DNA from: Macrostomum lignano
Lineage: Eukaryota
DNA: 64,000 bases
Direction: 5' to 3'
Assembly: GCA_002269645.1 (NCBI GenBank)
Contig: NIVC01001096.1
Span: 248,001 to 312,000, forward strand
The notes beneath the pieces were generated by a model. That model was not told the DNA's origin and made no database searches. It saw only the letters and a program-made list of their open reading frames with translations. The position numbers were made by a program, and so were the translations under genes. Within the stretch, counting starts at the first letter, position 1; the number at the start of each line of letters is the position of its first letter. Of this stretch, positions 24,601 through 35,623 are shown one piece after another.

Positions 24601-25093
24601 TTGTCCAAAAAACGCCATTATTTCAGACTTCCAAAGCGAATTTCAACCATAGACAAAACTTGCTGAATAATCAGTTAACAGTTTATTTAACAAAAATGAC
24701 GATAGATACACTAGGCAATTGAGAATGGCATAAATAGATATGAAATATGCGTACAGGTACAACAAACAATGATATAATAAAGCAAACTATGCGTAAATTT
24801 TGTATTTTGAAATAAATTTGATTAAAGGAGGGTGTGATTAAAGTGATTGGGAGATTGTGACTACTAGAATTTGGAGAGTGGGATTCCTAGTAGTAGGAGA
24901 TTTGGATTCCTAGCATTGGAAGATTGGGATTTCTAACATTATTAGAAGATTAAGATTTTAAGAAATTAGAAGATTCGGATCGGGATTAAGCATTGACAAA
25001 CAAATCATGCAAAAGAAAAAAGGGTCTCAAAAGCAAACTTTGTCACTGTCCAAATACGAAGTGTCTATTAATCTGATGTCGAAGCCTAACTTA

Positions 25094-26429
25094 TTATAAA
25101 TTAAAAGTACAATTAGAAAAGCTACAGTTGGCAAACATCGGCTTACGCACTGCTGTACTCACATCCAATTGTTGTTGCGCTACTGAAACGGCCACTGTGC
25201 TACCGGCTGGTGAAGTAATAAACGAAGTACCTGCTAAATTGTTGAATGGTGTAGTCAACGAACTATCCAGCGTGCTGTCACTTGCAGCTGACAGACTTTT
25301 CACATCCGTAGCTTCACTACGTTGTCCGGTAACGGCCATTATCTCGTCCATGCTGTGACCGCTGACAAATAGGTCCGAGATGCGCGTGACGCGAATGCAA
25401 TGGTTCGTGTATCGCTGCGAAAGCGAACACACTTCACTGAGATGTCCCATGAATGAGCACAACCAGTTGACGCCACGCACTTGGCGACTAGAAAACCTCA
25501 AGACTCCATTAGAAGCATTAGCGAGTGGTCGTGGAAAGAAATTGTCTCCTTCTGGCAACAATAACTGGTAGTGAAGAATAAGATCTCTCTCAGCTCCATA
25601 GATGCGACTCTGCTTTGCAACGTTGCCCTTGCACTTGGTCGGATCCGAAGACTGGTTTTTAGTTGGCAAAGGCGGAAGCTTCAGGTAGCTGTGCCCATCC
25701 GTGCCCCACGTTTTCGAATCGACTCCAAATGCTCCTGGCCTCTCTCCTAGAGTATAGAAAATGACAAAAACTACCTCATCTTGAAGTTCTTCTGCGGTCG
25801 ATCTGTCAAAATGCTGCCTGATTTTTCGAAGGTCTCCGTCCTCAATAGGCTGAAACTGTTGAACAACTCCTGCACCCTCAACGCTGAAATGACGAACTTT
25901 CACTCGAAGCATTCTGTTCGCCGCTTCAAACTCTGGCCCATTCATAATGTCTGTCTGCATCTTTGAGTATCTTTCTTTGGTAACGCTGCACACTAGCTCG
26001 AATGCATACAAGGGTAGCAGGCGAATACAGACTTCCATCAGATTTCTTTAGTCCAAAATAATAGAAACGAAGATACTCTCCTAGCTTCTCGTTAGTCATG
26101 CTTTGTACTTCTTTGGTCGTATGCTTGCGCATGAAGGCAATGAATCGACTTCCCTGTTGCATCATTTGTTCTTGGGTGGAGCGCGGTAGCGAGTCTAACT
26201 CGCCTTGGTCCATGTCGGCAGCCACAGACTCAGGTAATTCTGGCAATTTGACTCCGGAAACATCATCTTCCGAGTTAGCCTGCAGATCCGTGAGGAAGCC
26301 AATAATATTCTGCAGATCGGTGTCGCCATGGTGATCAGTATAACTTAGCGCAGTAATAAAGCTCAGTTCACTGTCGCTAACTCCATCTAACGATTCGCAG
26401 GGAAGATGTTTCCAATTGATCAAAGCCAT
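25094..26429 (-). pseudogene. Crypton-type tyrosine recombinase, degenerate (mirror copy of 11099..12434)
   Basis: Identical translations to the + copy. Confidence 0.82.
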
Positions 26430-26878
26430 TTTAAGACGAGCGTGAAAATCCTCTGGTCTTGCCTTAGAAAACAGACCCTTTAAAGAGCCTTTAGTAAAGG
26501 AAAATCATACTACACAATCTACCATTAAACCACTGTTAGACTGCAGTGTTTAACAACACGCTCACTACGACGACGCTCATTAAAAAGCTGGTAAATTTGA
26601 GAACGGGTTCCCCTTGCACTCCAATAAAAGTGCACGGCTCCGCATGCCCATATAGCTGGTGTTAGCCATAGACAATCGCGGCCCTCAGACGCTGCCAGTG
26701 AGACAGGAATCGCTTTGTACAGAACTGTCTGTGGCTGCAGCTCAGCAGCTGAGAGGCTCGCAATCGTTTTTTCACCCTCGGAGCGAAGGTCCACTTAACA
26801 GAAGAGTTTACTGTAAGTCGAATTCGACATCTCAAGCTTTGAGTACAAAGGGATTCTGCTGCTTTTTCTGCATTGGAA

Positions 26879-28036
26879 ATGTCTGTCAGACGTCTGCTGC
26901 TTCTGAGCTGTCTTGCTGCAACACTGCTCTGCGGGCTGGGCTGCTCATCTGCCAAGAAAAGTAAGTCAATTCGATTCAACTCGAATCCACCGCCTGTCTG
27001 CTTACTCCATGTTAACTCCCCGCATTGCCCACACCTGCTCCAACTCACACGGCCTGCCGCCTGACCCAAGATAAATTCCCATTGTGTTCTTATAACCTAA
27101 TTGCCCCATTTATTCGACCTCTCATCTCCCCGTCTTTCCAGTCCCTCTGCAGCCCCTCTGCAGCCCCTCTGCAGCCCCTCTGCAGCCCCTCTGCAGCCCC
27201 TCTGCAGCCCCTCTGCAGCCCTTCTGCAGCCCCTCTGCAGCTCCTCTGCAGCCCCTCTGCAGCCCCTCTGCAGCCCCTCTGCAGCCCCTCTGCAGCCCCT
27301 CTGCAGCCCCTCTGCAGCCCCTCTGCAGCCCCTCTGCAGCCCCTCTGCAGCCACTCTGCAGCCACTCTGCAGCCCCTCTGCAGCCCCTCTGCAGCCCCTC
27401 TGCAGCCCCTCTGCAGCCCCTCTGCAGCCCCTCTGCAGCCCCTCTGCAGCCCCTCTGCATGCAGTCACTTCAGCAAGAACCGCTCGTCAAATTTCAGAGA
27501 AAGAAGAGAGAGCTTCACCACTATCTCTTTACTCCAAACGTAAGTGAACGATTTTTCATAATTTTCATTGACTACTCTGTCCATAGCAACAGTGGGGTGC
27601 CTCCTTTCTTTTTGTCTCGCATCTCACTGCCCCACCATCTCTCTGTGTCACTGCTTCGCTGTCTCACTAAACCATGCATAACTGTTGTCAATGAGACTTT
27701 GTGCTCAAATTATTTTGCTATTAATTCTTTTTTACAGCGAAATATGTTGGCTGCTTTTACGGGCACGGCAAGTTCCTAAGAGAGGGCCAAAAGTCTAAGG
27801 ACATGACGGTCGAGCACTGCGCTTATCTGTGCACAGCATATGTAAGGGACAAAACTGCATTCGGCTTAAGTAAAGGAGAATACTGTTACTGTAGAGACAC
27901 TAAACTGCTTAACCGAGGGACAAAAATGGATGATCACTATTGCAATCGCCGTTGTGGAGGAAGCTACACACAGACCTGTGGAGCCGACAACGACTCATTC
28001 GCCTCTGTGTACACCTATCACCGATTGCAGGACTGA
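26879..28036 (+). CDS. Secreted single-WSC-domain protein, copy A4 (exon 1 26879-26960, exon 2 27738-28036)
   Basis: Donor AAGAAAA|GTAAGT at 26960/1; acceptor TTTACAG|CG at 27737/8; open to TGA at 28036. Confidence 0.88.
27143..27457 (+). repeat. 11-bp minisatellite (CTGCAGCCCCT)n in intron 1 of WSC A4, ~29 copies
   Basis: Read directly from the sequence. Confidence 0.97.
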
Positions 28037-28099
28037 GTTTCCGCAAGCCAAGTGAGTGGCCTTTTTATACTTGTAGACCCATTAGTCTCGGTCTCAGCA

Positions 28100-29000
28100 C
28101 TGTGTCTAAGTGTCTCAGTGTCTCAGTGTCTCAGTGTCTCAGAGTCTCAGTGTCTCAGTGTCTCTGTGTCTCTGTGTCTCATTGTCTCATTGTCTCATTG
28201 TCTCATTGTCTCACAGTCTCAGTGTCTCAGTGTCTGAGTGTCTCAGTGTCTCAGAGTCTCAGTGTCTCAGTGTCTCTGTGTCTCATTGTCTCATTGTCTC
28301 ATTGTCTCAGTGTCTCAGAGTCTCAGTGTCTCAGTGTCTCACAGTCTCAGTGTCTCAGTGTCTCAGTGTCTGAGTGTCTCACTGTCTCAGTGTCTCAGTG
28401 TCTCAGTGTCTCAGTGTCTCAGTGTCTCACTGTCTCACTGTCTCAGTGTCTGAGTGTCTCAGTGTCTCAGTGTCTCAGTGTCTCAGTGTCTCAGTGTCTC
28501 AGTGTCTCAGTGTCTCAGTGTCTCAGTGTCTCAGTGTCTCAGTGTCTCAGTGTCTCACTGTCTCACTGTCTCAGTGTCTGAGTGTCTCAGTGTCTCAGTG
28601 TCTCAGTGTCTCAGTGTCTCAGTGTCTCAGTGTCTCAGTGTCTCAGTGTCTCAGTGTCTCAGTGTCTGAGTGTCTCACTGTCTCAGTGTCTCAGTGTCTC
28701 AGTATCTCAGTGTCTCAGTGTCTCACTGTCTCACTGTCTCAGTGTCTGAGTGTCTCAGTGTCTCAGTGTCTCAGTGTCTCAGTGTCTCATTGTCTCAGTG
28801 TCTCAGTGTCTCAGTGTCTCAGTGTCTCAGTGTCTCATTGTCTCAGTGTCTCAGTGTCTCACTGTCTCAGTGTCTGAGTGTCTCACTGTCTCAGTGTCTC
28901 AGTGTCTCAGTGTCTCAGTGTCTCAGTGTCTCAGTGTCTCATTGTCTCAGTGTCTCAGTGTCTCAGTGTCTCAGTGTCTCAGTGTCTCAGTGTCGGAGTG
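28100..29000 (+). repeat. (TGTCTCAG)n satellite in the post-stop intron of WSC A4
   Basis: Read directly from the sequence. Confidence 0.97.
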
Positions 29001-30504
29001 TCTCTTTAGAAAGTCTGCATCAAGTCAGGTGGAACCTGCAGTGAAAGTGTTGCAAGGTCAGCTCACTCATTCACTGTTTATCTTTTTCACAACAGGTCAT
29101 GCTCCCGTGATTGGACAACTGCAAGCGCCTATAAAAATGCCAATGAGGAATTACTGCATGTTTAAGCACCGGGCTCGTAGCTTTTCTGCTGAGGGACATG
29201 CGACTCTGTCAGGATACCTTTTTGTTTTTAGACCCTGGTCTAATCTCCTTTGCTCTTCATAAACAGCTGTATTATACAGTTAGGCTTCTGTAAGCATTAA
29301 ATCAATGTGCTTCTTCTGTACCAGCGAATGTTTTTTTAGAATTGCAAATTCTCATCACAGGTATGTAACTATATTTAGCAATTAGTCTTATCTGCAGATT
29401 TAAGATAGGGAAACTGATCACATTTAAGTTGTAAGTGCTGTTTGACAATTCAAATATACAGTAGCTAAAGGCACCTGCCAATCACTGGGCAAGCAGTGAG
29501 CATTGTGTGACGTCTTGCAAGCGTGAGGTTTCTCATTGTTTAATAAATGCTTTATCGTGGATTAAGAAACACTGCATTAAAACACCGAAATAGACTGACA
29601 GGGAGGCTGTGGAGACACTGAGACGTCTGATGATGCATCGGCTTGTTAGTGAGAAATTTGTAGCACTGGCCGACTATGATACATGTACTCGTATTTCGTG
29701 ATATCTCATTTACTCTGGGTCTGCTCATATGGTTGTGTTAACCTGAGCAAGATTTTCACTGGTCTGACTGACTGATGACAGATCTATAGACACCCACGAG
29801 CTGGCCATTTGCAGCACTCCTGCAGCAGCCGTTGCGCGGGATAAAAAACTTGAATCATTTTATAGCCAGTGTCCTCGAGGTTCCTGCCCACTACCCCACT
29901 CTAACTCCCCCGCCGCTTCGGATCTGTCCTCTGACATGAGCCTGGCTTCAAATGAAATCGTCTTCTCCACCACTCATGACTCATAATGCACGATTTTACA
30001 CGTTTAAATCCTGTTACATTTTTATTTGATTCTGCGTGCAGGATTGCTGATCTTGCAGGCTTAAGCGTGCAGAATTGGTTTTGTCTATGGCTTTGAAACT
30101 GAGGCAAATGTGCGAGTGAAGGCGTGCACACTTGAAAGTTTGGCTGCCTCTATATTTATTAGTTTGCAAAGAGTTGGTAGGCGCAGAACAGGCGCGCACG
30201 AGGTGAGGGTGAATGCAAGCTCGTAAAAATCGACAACAACAACAATCAAATGCGATATTGTTTAAGTAACCAATCGATACAACTGCTTATGCATAGTAAT
30301 GGAATCAGCATGGGTTTTAAAACCAAAAAGTCGGTCTCCTGACAGAGGCACAGGGGCCACTCAGCAGAAATCTGATTATTGAATATTTATTAGAGTTTCA
30401 TAAATATATTCATCCGCGATTGTGGCTCTCAAATCACTGGAGCAGAACCTGTTGCGAAATGAGGAGCAGTGAGTGCTGGACTGATACTTTAACACGTTTA
30501 TTGC

Positions 30505-31790
30505 AGACACTGAGACACTGAGACACTGAGACTGCGAGATACTGAGACACTGAGACACTGAGACAATGAGACACTGAGACACTGAGACACTGAGACACTG
30601 AGACACTGAGACACTGAGACTGCGAGATACTGAGACACTGAGACTGTGAGACAATGAGACACTGAGACACTGAGACACTGAGACACTGAGACACTGAGAC
30701 ACTGAGACAATGAGACACTGAGACACTGAGACACTGAGACACTGAGACACTGAGACACTGAGACACTGAGACACTGAGACACTGAGACACTGAGACACTG
30801 AGACTGCGAGATACTGAGACACTGAGACTGTGAGACAATGAGACACTGAGACACTGAGACACTGAGACACTGAGACACTGAGACACTGAGACACTGAGAC
30901 ACTGAGACACTGAGACACTGAGACACAGAGACACTGAGACACTGAGACAGTGAGACTGCGAGATACTGAGACACTGAGACTGTGAGACAATGAGACACTG
31001 AGACACTGAGACACTGAGACACTGAGACACTGAGTCACTGAGACACTGAGTCACTGAGACACTGAGACACTGAGACACTGAGACACTGAGACACTGAGAC
31101 ACTGAGACACTGAGACACTGAGACTGCGAGATACTGAGACACTGAGACTGTGAGACAATAAGACACTGAGACACTGAGACACTGAGACACTGAGACACTG
31201 AGTCACTGAGACACTGAGACACTGAGACACTGAGACACTGAGACACTGAGACACTGAGACACTGAGACACTGAGACACTGAGACACTGAGACACTGAGAC
31301 ACTGAGACACTGAGACACTGAGACACTGAGACACTGAGACACTGAGACACTGAGACTGCGAGATACTGAGACACTGAGACTGTGAGACAATGAGACACTG
31401 AGACACTGAGACACTGAGACACTGAGACACTGAGACACTGAGACACTGAGACACTGAGACACTGAGTCACTGAGACACAGAGTCACTGAGACACTGAGAC
31501 ACTGAGACACTGAGACACTGAGACAGTGAGACTGCGAGATACTGAGACACTGAGACTGTGAGACAATGAGACACTGAGACACTGAGACACTGAGACACTG
31601 AGACACTGAGTCACTGAGACACTGAGACACTGAGACACTGAGACACTGAGACACTGAGACACTGAGACACTGAGACACTGAGACACTGAGACACTGAGAC
31701 ACTGAGACACTGAGACACTGAGACACTGAGACACTGAGTCACTGAGACACAGAGTCACTGAGACACTGAGACACTGAGACACTGAGATAC
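30505..31790 (-). repeat. (TGTCTCAG)n satellite in the post-stop intron of WSC paralogue B
   Basis: Read directly. Carries its own variant units (TATCTCGCAG, TGACTCAG). Confidence 0.97.
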
Positions 31791-31810
31791 CAAACGACTG
31801 ACTTACCTTC

Positions 31811-32546
31811 TCAGCTCTGCAGTTTGTACACACTGAGTGCACTGAAACCTCCACATCTGTTCTTTGTGTACCCCTTATCACAATAGGAGTTGCATAGAGA
31901 ATCATCTGGCAGTGAATGGAAATCCAGCAGTTGGTCCAGTTCGGCACAGTAGCAGTAGACTTCTTGAAAGATACCCATCATACTGGCACCAGTGTAATTT
32001 TTCCCCAGGCACTCATAAACGCACTGCGTTCTAATCTTGATTTTATAGCTTTGAGCTTTGAGATAGTTAGTAGTGCGTTCGTTAAAATAGCAGCCAAGAT
32101 ACGTCCCTGTAAAAATTCAATAGGTAATGAAAAATGAAAAAGGAATGCACAAAACCGTGCAGGAATGCATTTCTGCGCCTAATGCTTTTTCAGTGAGATT
32201 TTACCATAGACACCCATTTCTGCACGCAAAAGAGTGCAAGAATGCCATTCCTGCATGGAAAATCAGCCGACAATGGAAATGACTGCACAGGGGCTGCAGA
32301 AACGAGGAGATGAGAGGTAGGAGATTCTAATAAATGGGGAGTAATTAGGGATATGAACACTATCGGAATTTTTCCGTGTGAGTTGGAGCAGGTGTGGGCA
32401 ATGCGGGCAGTTGACTGGAGTGAGCAGACGGGCGGTGGATTTGAGTTCAGTCAATCCGTCTTACATTTCACAGAAGATGAATCGCCCAGCCCGCAGAGCA
32501 ATGTTGCAGCAAGACAGCTCAGTAGCAGCAGACGTCTGACAGACAT
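31811..32546 (-). CDS. Diverged secreted single-WSC-domain paralogue B (exon 1 32546-32465, exon 2 32106-31811; ~125 aa); not in ORF track
   Basis: Exon 1 [28 protein letters not shown]|GTAAGA. Exon 2 after TTTTTACAG: [98 protein letters not shown], 8 Cys, no stops. Confidence 0.85.
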
Positions 32547-33248
32547 TTCCAATGCAGAAAAAGCAGCAGAAGCCCTTTGTACTCACAGCTTGAGATGTCG
32601 AATTCGACTGACAGTAAACTCTTCTGCTAAGTCGGTCTTCGCCCCGAGGGTGACAAAAACGATTGCGAGCTGCAGCCACAGACAGTTCTGTACAAAGCGA
32701 TTCCTGTCTCACTGGCAGCGTCTGAGGGCCGCGATTGTCTATGGCTAACACCAGCTATATGGGCATGCGGAGCCGTGCACTTTTATTGGAGTGCAAGGGG
32801 AACCCGTTCTCAAATTTACCAGCTTTTTAATGAGCGTCGTAGTGAGCGTGTTGTTAAACACGCTATACCATTGTCGTTTACCACAGCGTGCAAGAAATAC
32901 TTCTAGCATGCAGGAATGCAGCATGCATGCTAGCGCGCACTCGTGCAGATGTTATTCCCGCACTCATGACCGTGCTGGAATCATTCATTATTTCAGCATT
33001 AGCAGGCGTTTGAACCATAGTCGATTAGTTAACTATGCATGTATCCCCCTTTTGCCCCGGGCGAGTGTCTATGTGACGCATGTTTTCATTTATTTCCCTA
33101 GGTGAATAAATCATTTATTTCCCGCTGCCCCGCGGGCTGATAAATTTGTCTGTGGCCTAAATGTGGGGCTTCGCCCCCACACCCCCAGCGAGCAATCTGC
33201 CCCTCATCCCTGCTAGCAGCCAACATACCGAACGGGGGATACATATCA

Positions 33249-33380
33249 TATTCCCCACTCATTTAGCTGTCTAGGGCCAAAAGCACTCGGTGTCTCGATC
33301 ATTGACCTCGGCTTCGCCTCGGTCAATAAACGAGACACATCTTGCTTTTGCCCGCTAGACAACAAAATAAATGGGGAATA
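33249..33380. mobile_element. ~130-bp imperfect palindromic (hairpin) element
   Basis: Nested pairs TATTCCCC/GGGGAATA, TGTCTAG/CTAGACA, CAAAAGCA/TGCTTTTG, GTGTCTCG/CGAGACAC, ATTGACC/GGTCAAT around TCGGCTTCGCCTC. Non-autonomous TE status is inferred. Confidence 0.6.
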
Positions 33381-34642
33381 TATACCATTTATCCCCACTT
33401 GGGCCGGGCCAAATAAATGGCTAAGCCATAGAAAAGAGCCATTCATTTATTTGGCGTCTCCCTTCTCCTTTTTCTCATTCCTTCTCGTTTTTTACCATAG
33501 ACTACAGACCTTGGCACCGTCAGCCAAGCGAGGGATAAATAGAGTATTACCCCTATGGATTCATTTGAATAATCGCAAACAGTCTAACGTTACATGGCAT
33601 TCTATAATGCACTGAAAAAGGATAGTCAAGACATTTTAGCTAACAAACAATGGAAAACGCGCGCATTAAGCACAAAAACAACACAGTAGTCATCGACTGC
33701 TCATCAGAAGTTGCTCATTAAAACTGAAACGTGCAATTCTTGAAGTGGCAGTTCTCGAAGAATCGAACTGCGCGTTCCGAATCCATCCGACCTGCAGATT
33801 AATGGACAATGTAAAAAATTCAGTTTCTATATAGCCATTAGTATAGCCACAAATTTACTTACAATGTTGACATATTACACTTACCATGCTTCACCCGCAT
33901 CTCCTGTGTCACCTCCACTGAAGCATAGGTCGCACGGTTCGTTCAGTCGTCGACAGGAAGATTTTTCCAAATAATAAGCGGGGCTGTTTCACGAGATGCA
34001 CCAGCCATAGTTGTTTGGCAAGACAAGTAGCTTTCACTCGCACTAGGTAGGGTCCGCTTTCCTGATTTCTTGCGAGACGTAAGCGAAATCAGCACTCATC
34101 AGTGTTGTCTATGGTCAAACTAAGACACACATCTCAGTCGTCTATGGGTAAAATAACTCTCAAAACAGCCAATTAAAGTGTGATAAAAAAGTGTGAAATA
34201 ATGACCGCGCCCGGAACGCTGAAATAATGGCCGCCAGACTACGCTATGCTAAAATTAATGGCCTATATGTGTCTTATAGACAATGAAGTTGCGTACGCGC
34301 ACTCGTGTTTGGCCATTATTTCAGTCCCTACCTATTACGCAATCTACCATTGTCGTTTACGAGCGTACCACAGCGTGCAAGAAATACTTCTAGCATGCAG
34401 GAATGCTTTAGTCTATGGGCAATTCTCCTTATTCTTCTAATGATTACACAGTATCTTGGCGTGCAGGAATGACTTCTGCATTCCTGCACGATCATGCCGT
34501 TTTATTTATAGAACAGAACTAATTAAGTAAAGACAACGTGCACAAAACAAGAAGAAAGAAACAAAGAAACATAGAGAAACTTCTCCCATATTCAATGTAA
34601 ATTAAATCGCCCACTCAGTGACTTAGTTCTCGGTTCTTAGTC

Positions 34643-35190
34643 TCACTCGAATATAAACTCTACCGTATTTGTCTCTCCGTTGGCGAGAATCTTCACTCGC
34701 TTCGATTGGGCTGTTGTTAGGGTTGTCGATGATTCTGCAACCACAAGTGACGTCTTAACAACCGATGTTGACGCTGCACTTCCCGCGGCAGTAACCACCG
34801 CTGTAGTCTGAATCGCTGCTGTGGAACTGTTGCTAGTCGATGCTGACGCCGGCAATGTTCCATCCAGAGCAGTAGTAAGATGGCCACTCATCCCTGCCAT
34901 TATTGAGTCTCTCTTCTTGCCTCGCCGAATGTATCGCTCCACCGATGCACTAGTCTATGGTAGTAAAAAGAGACATCTTTCGTTATCATTAAGCTCTACT
35001 ATTTCAAACATTTATCCATATACTTTCAAGTAATTTCAAACTATTTTGCTTCTCACCTTGTGACCAGTAACCTTTGCTATCTTTTCGCGCTCGCAGAGAT
35101 CTTCTTGAACAGCGGTCCCAATGTGTTAATTCCAATCGGCTGTTTGGTGTACCAGATGCCATCTCTTTGAAACTCTCGCTCATTTTTATT
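34643..35190 (-). pseudogene. Second Crypton-type tyrosine recombinase relic, C-terminal part with one intron (34955-35056)
   Basis: EFQRDGIWYTKQPIGINTLGPLFKKIS (35180-35095), then after a frameshift or deletion EKIAKVTGHK|GTGAG...CCATAG|TSASVERYIRRGKKRDSIMAGMSGHL... to a stop at 34643. His and Tyr retained; H-x-x-R segment missing. Confidence 0.7.
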
Positions 35191-35623
35191 TTTAAAACTT
35201 CAGTATTTTAACCTTCCAAACCCACACTTTTGGTTTCGTTTCTTATACTGTAGCTTATTTTCTAGAAAAACGTGCAGGAATGACTTTGTCTATGGTCAAA
35301 GGACAATGCAGTCTAATATTGGTTTTTGCATGCTAAGTGAGACATTTTTCAAGCAATCTGAGACTGCATAGCAAAAACACTATTGTCTATGGCCACCCCT
35401 CGCTGCAGCCCAACTTTTTGGGATCGCCTTGCAAGCAAAGTGAGAAATTTTTTAAAGCTAAGTGAGAACCATATTGAAAACAAAGGCTGGGCTATGGCAA
35501 ATCAACTGCGTCTAACAAGCAACCACCCCTTTTAATTTCGTAAAACCACCCCTTTGTTTTTAGAAAGTTTGTTTTTAGAACAATATTTTCAGAATGGTGC
35601 TGTCAGCGATTATTATTTTGGCG

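Larger units (their letters stand above)
20240..29650 (+). repeat. Right arm of the large inverted duplication
   Basis: As for the left arm. Outer parts are offset by 99 bp (9 x 11-bp units) and show scattered SNPs. Confidence 0.97.
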
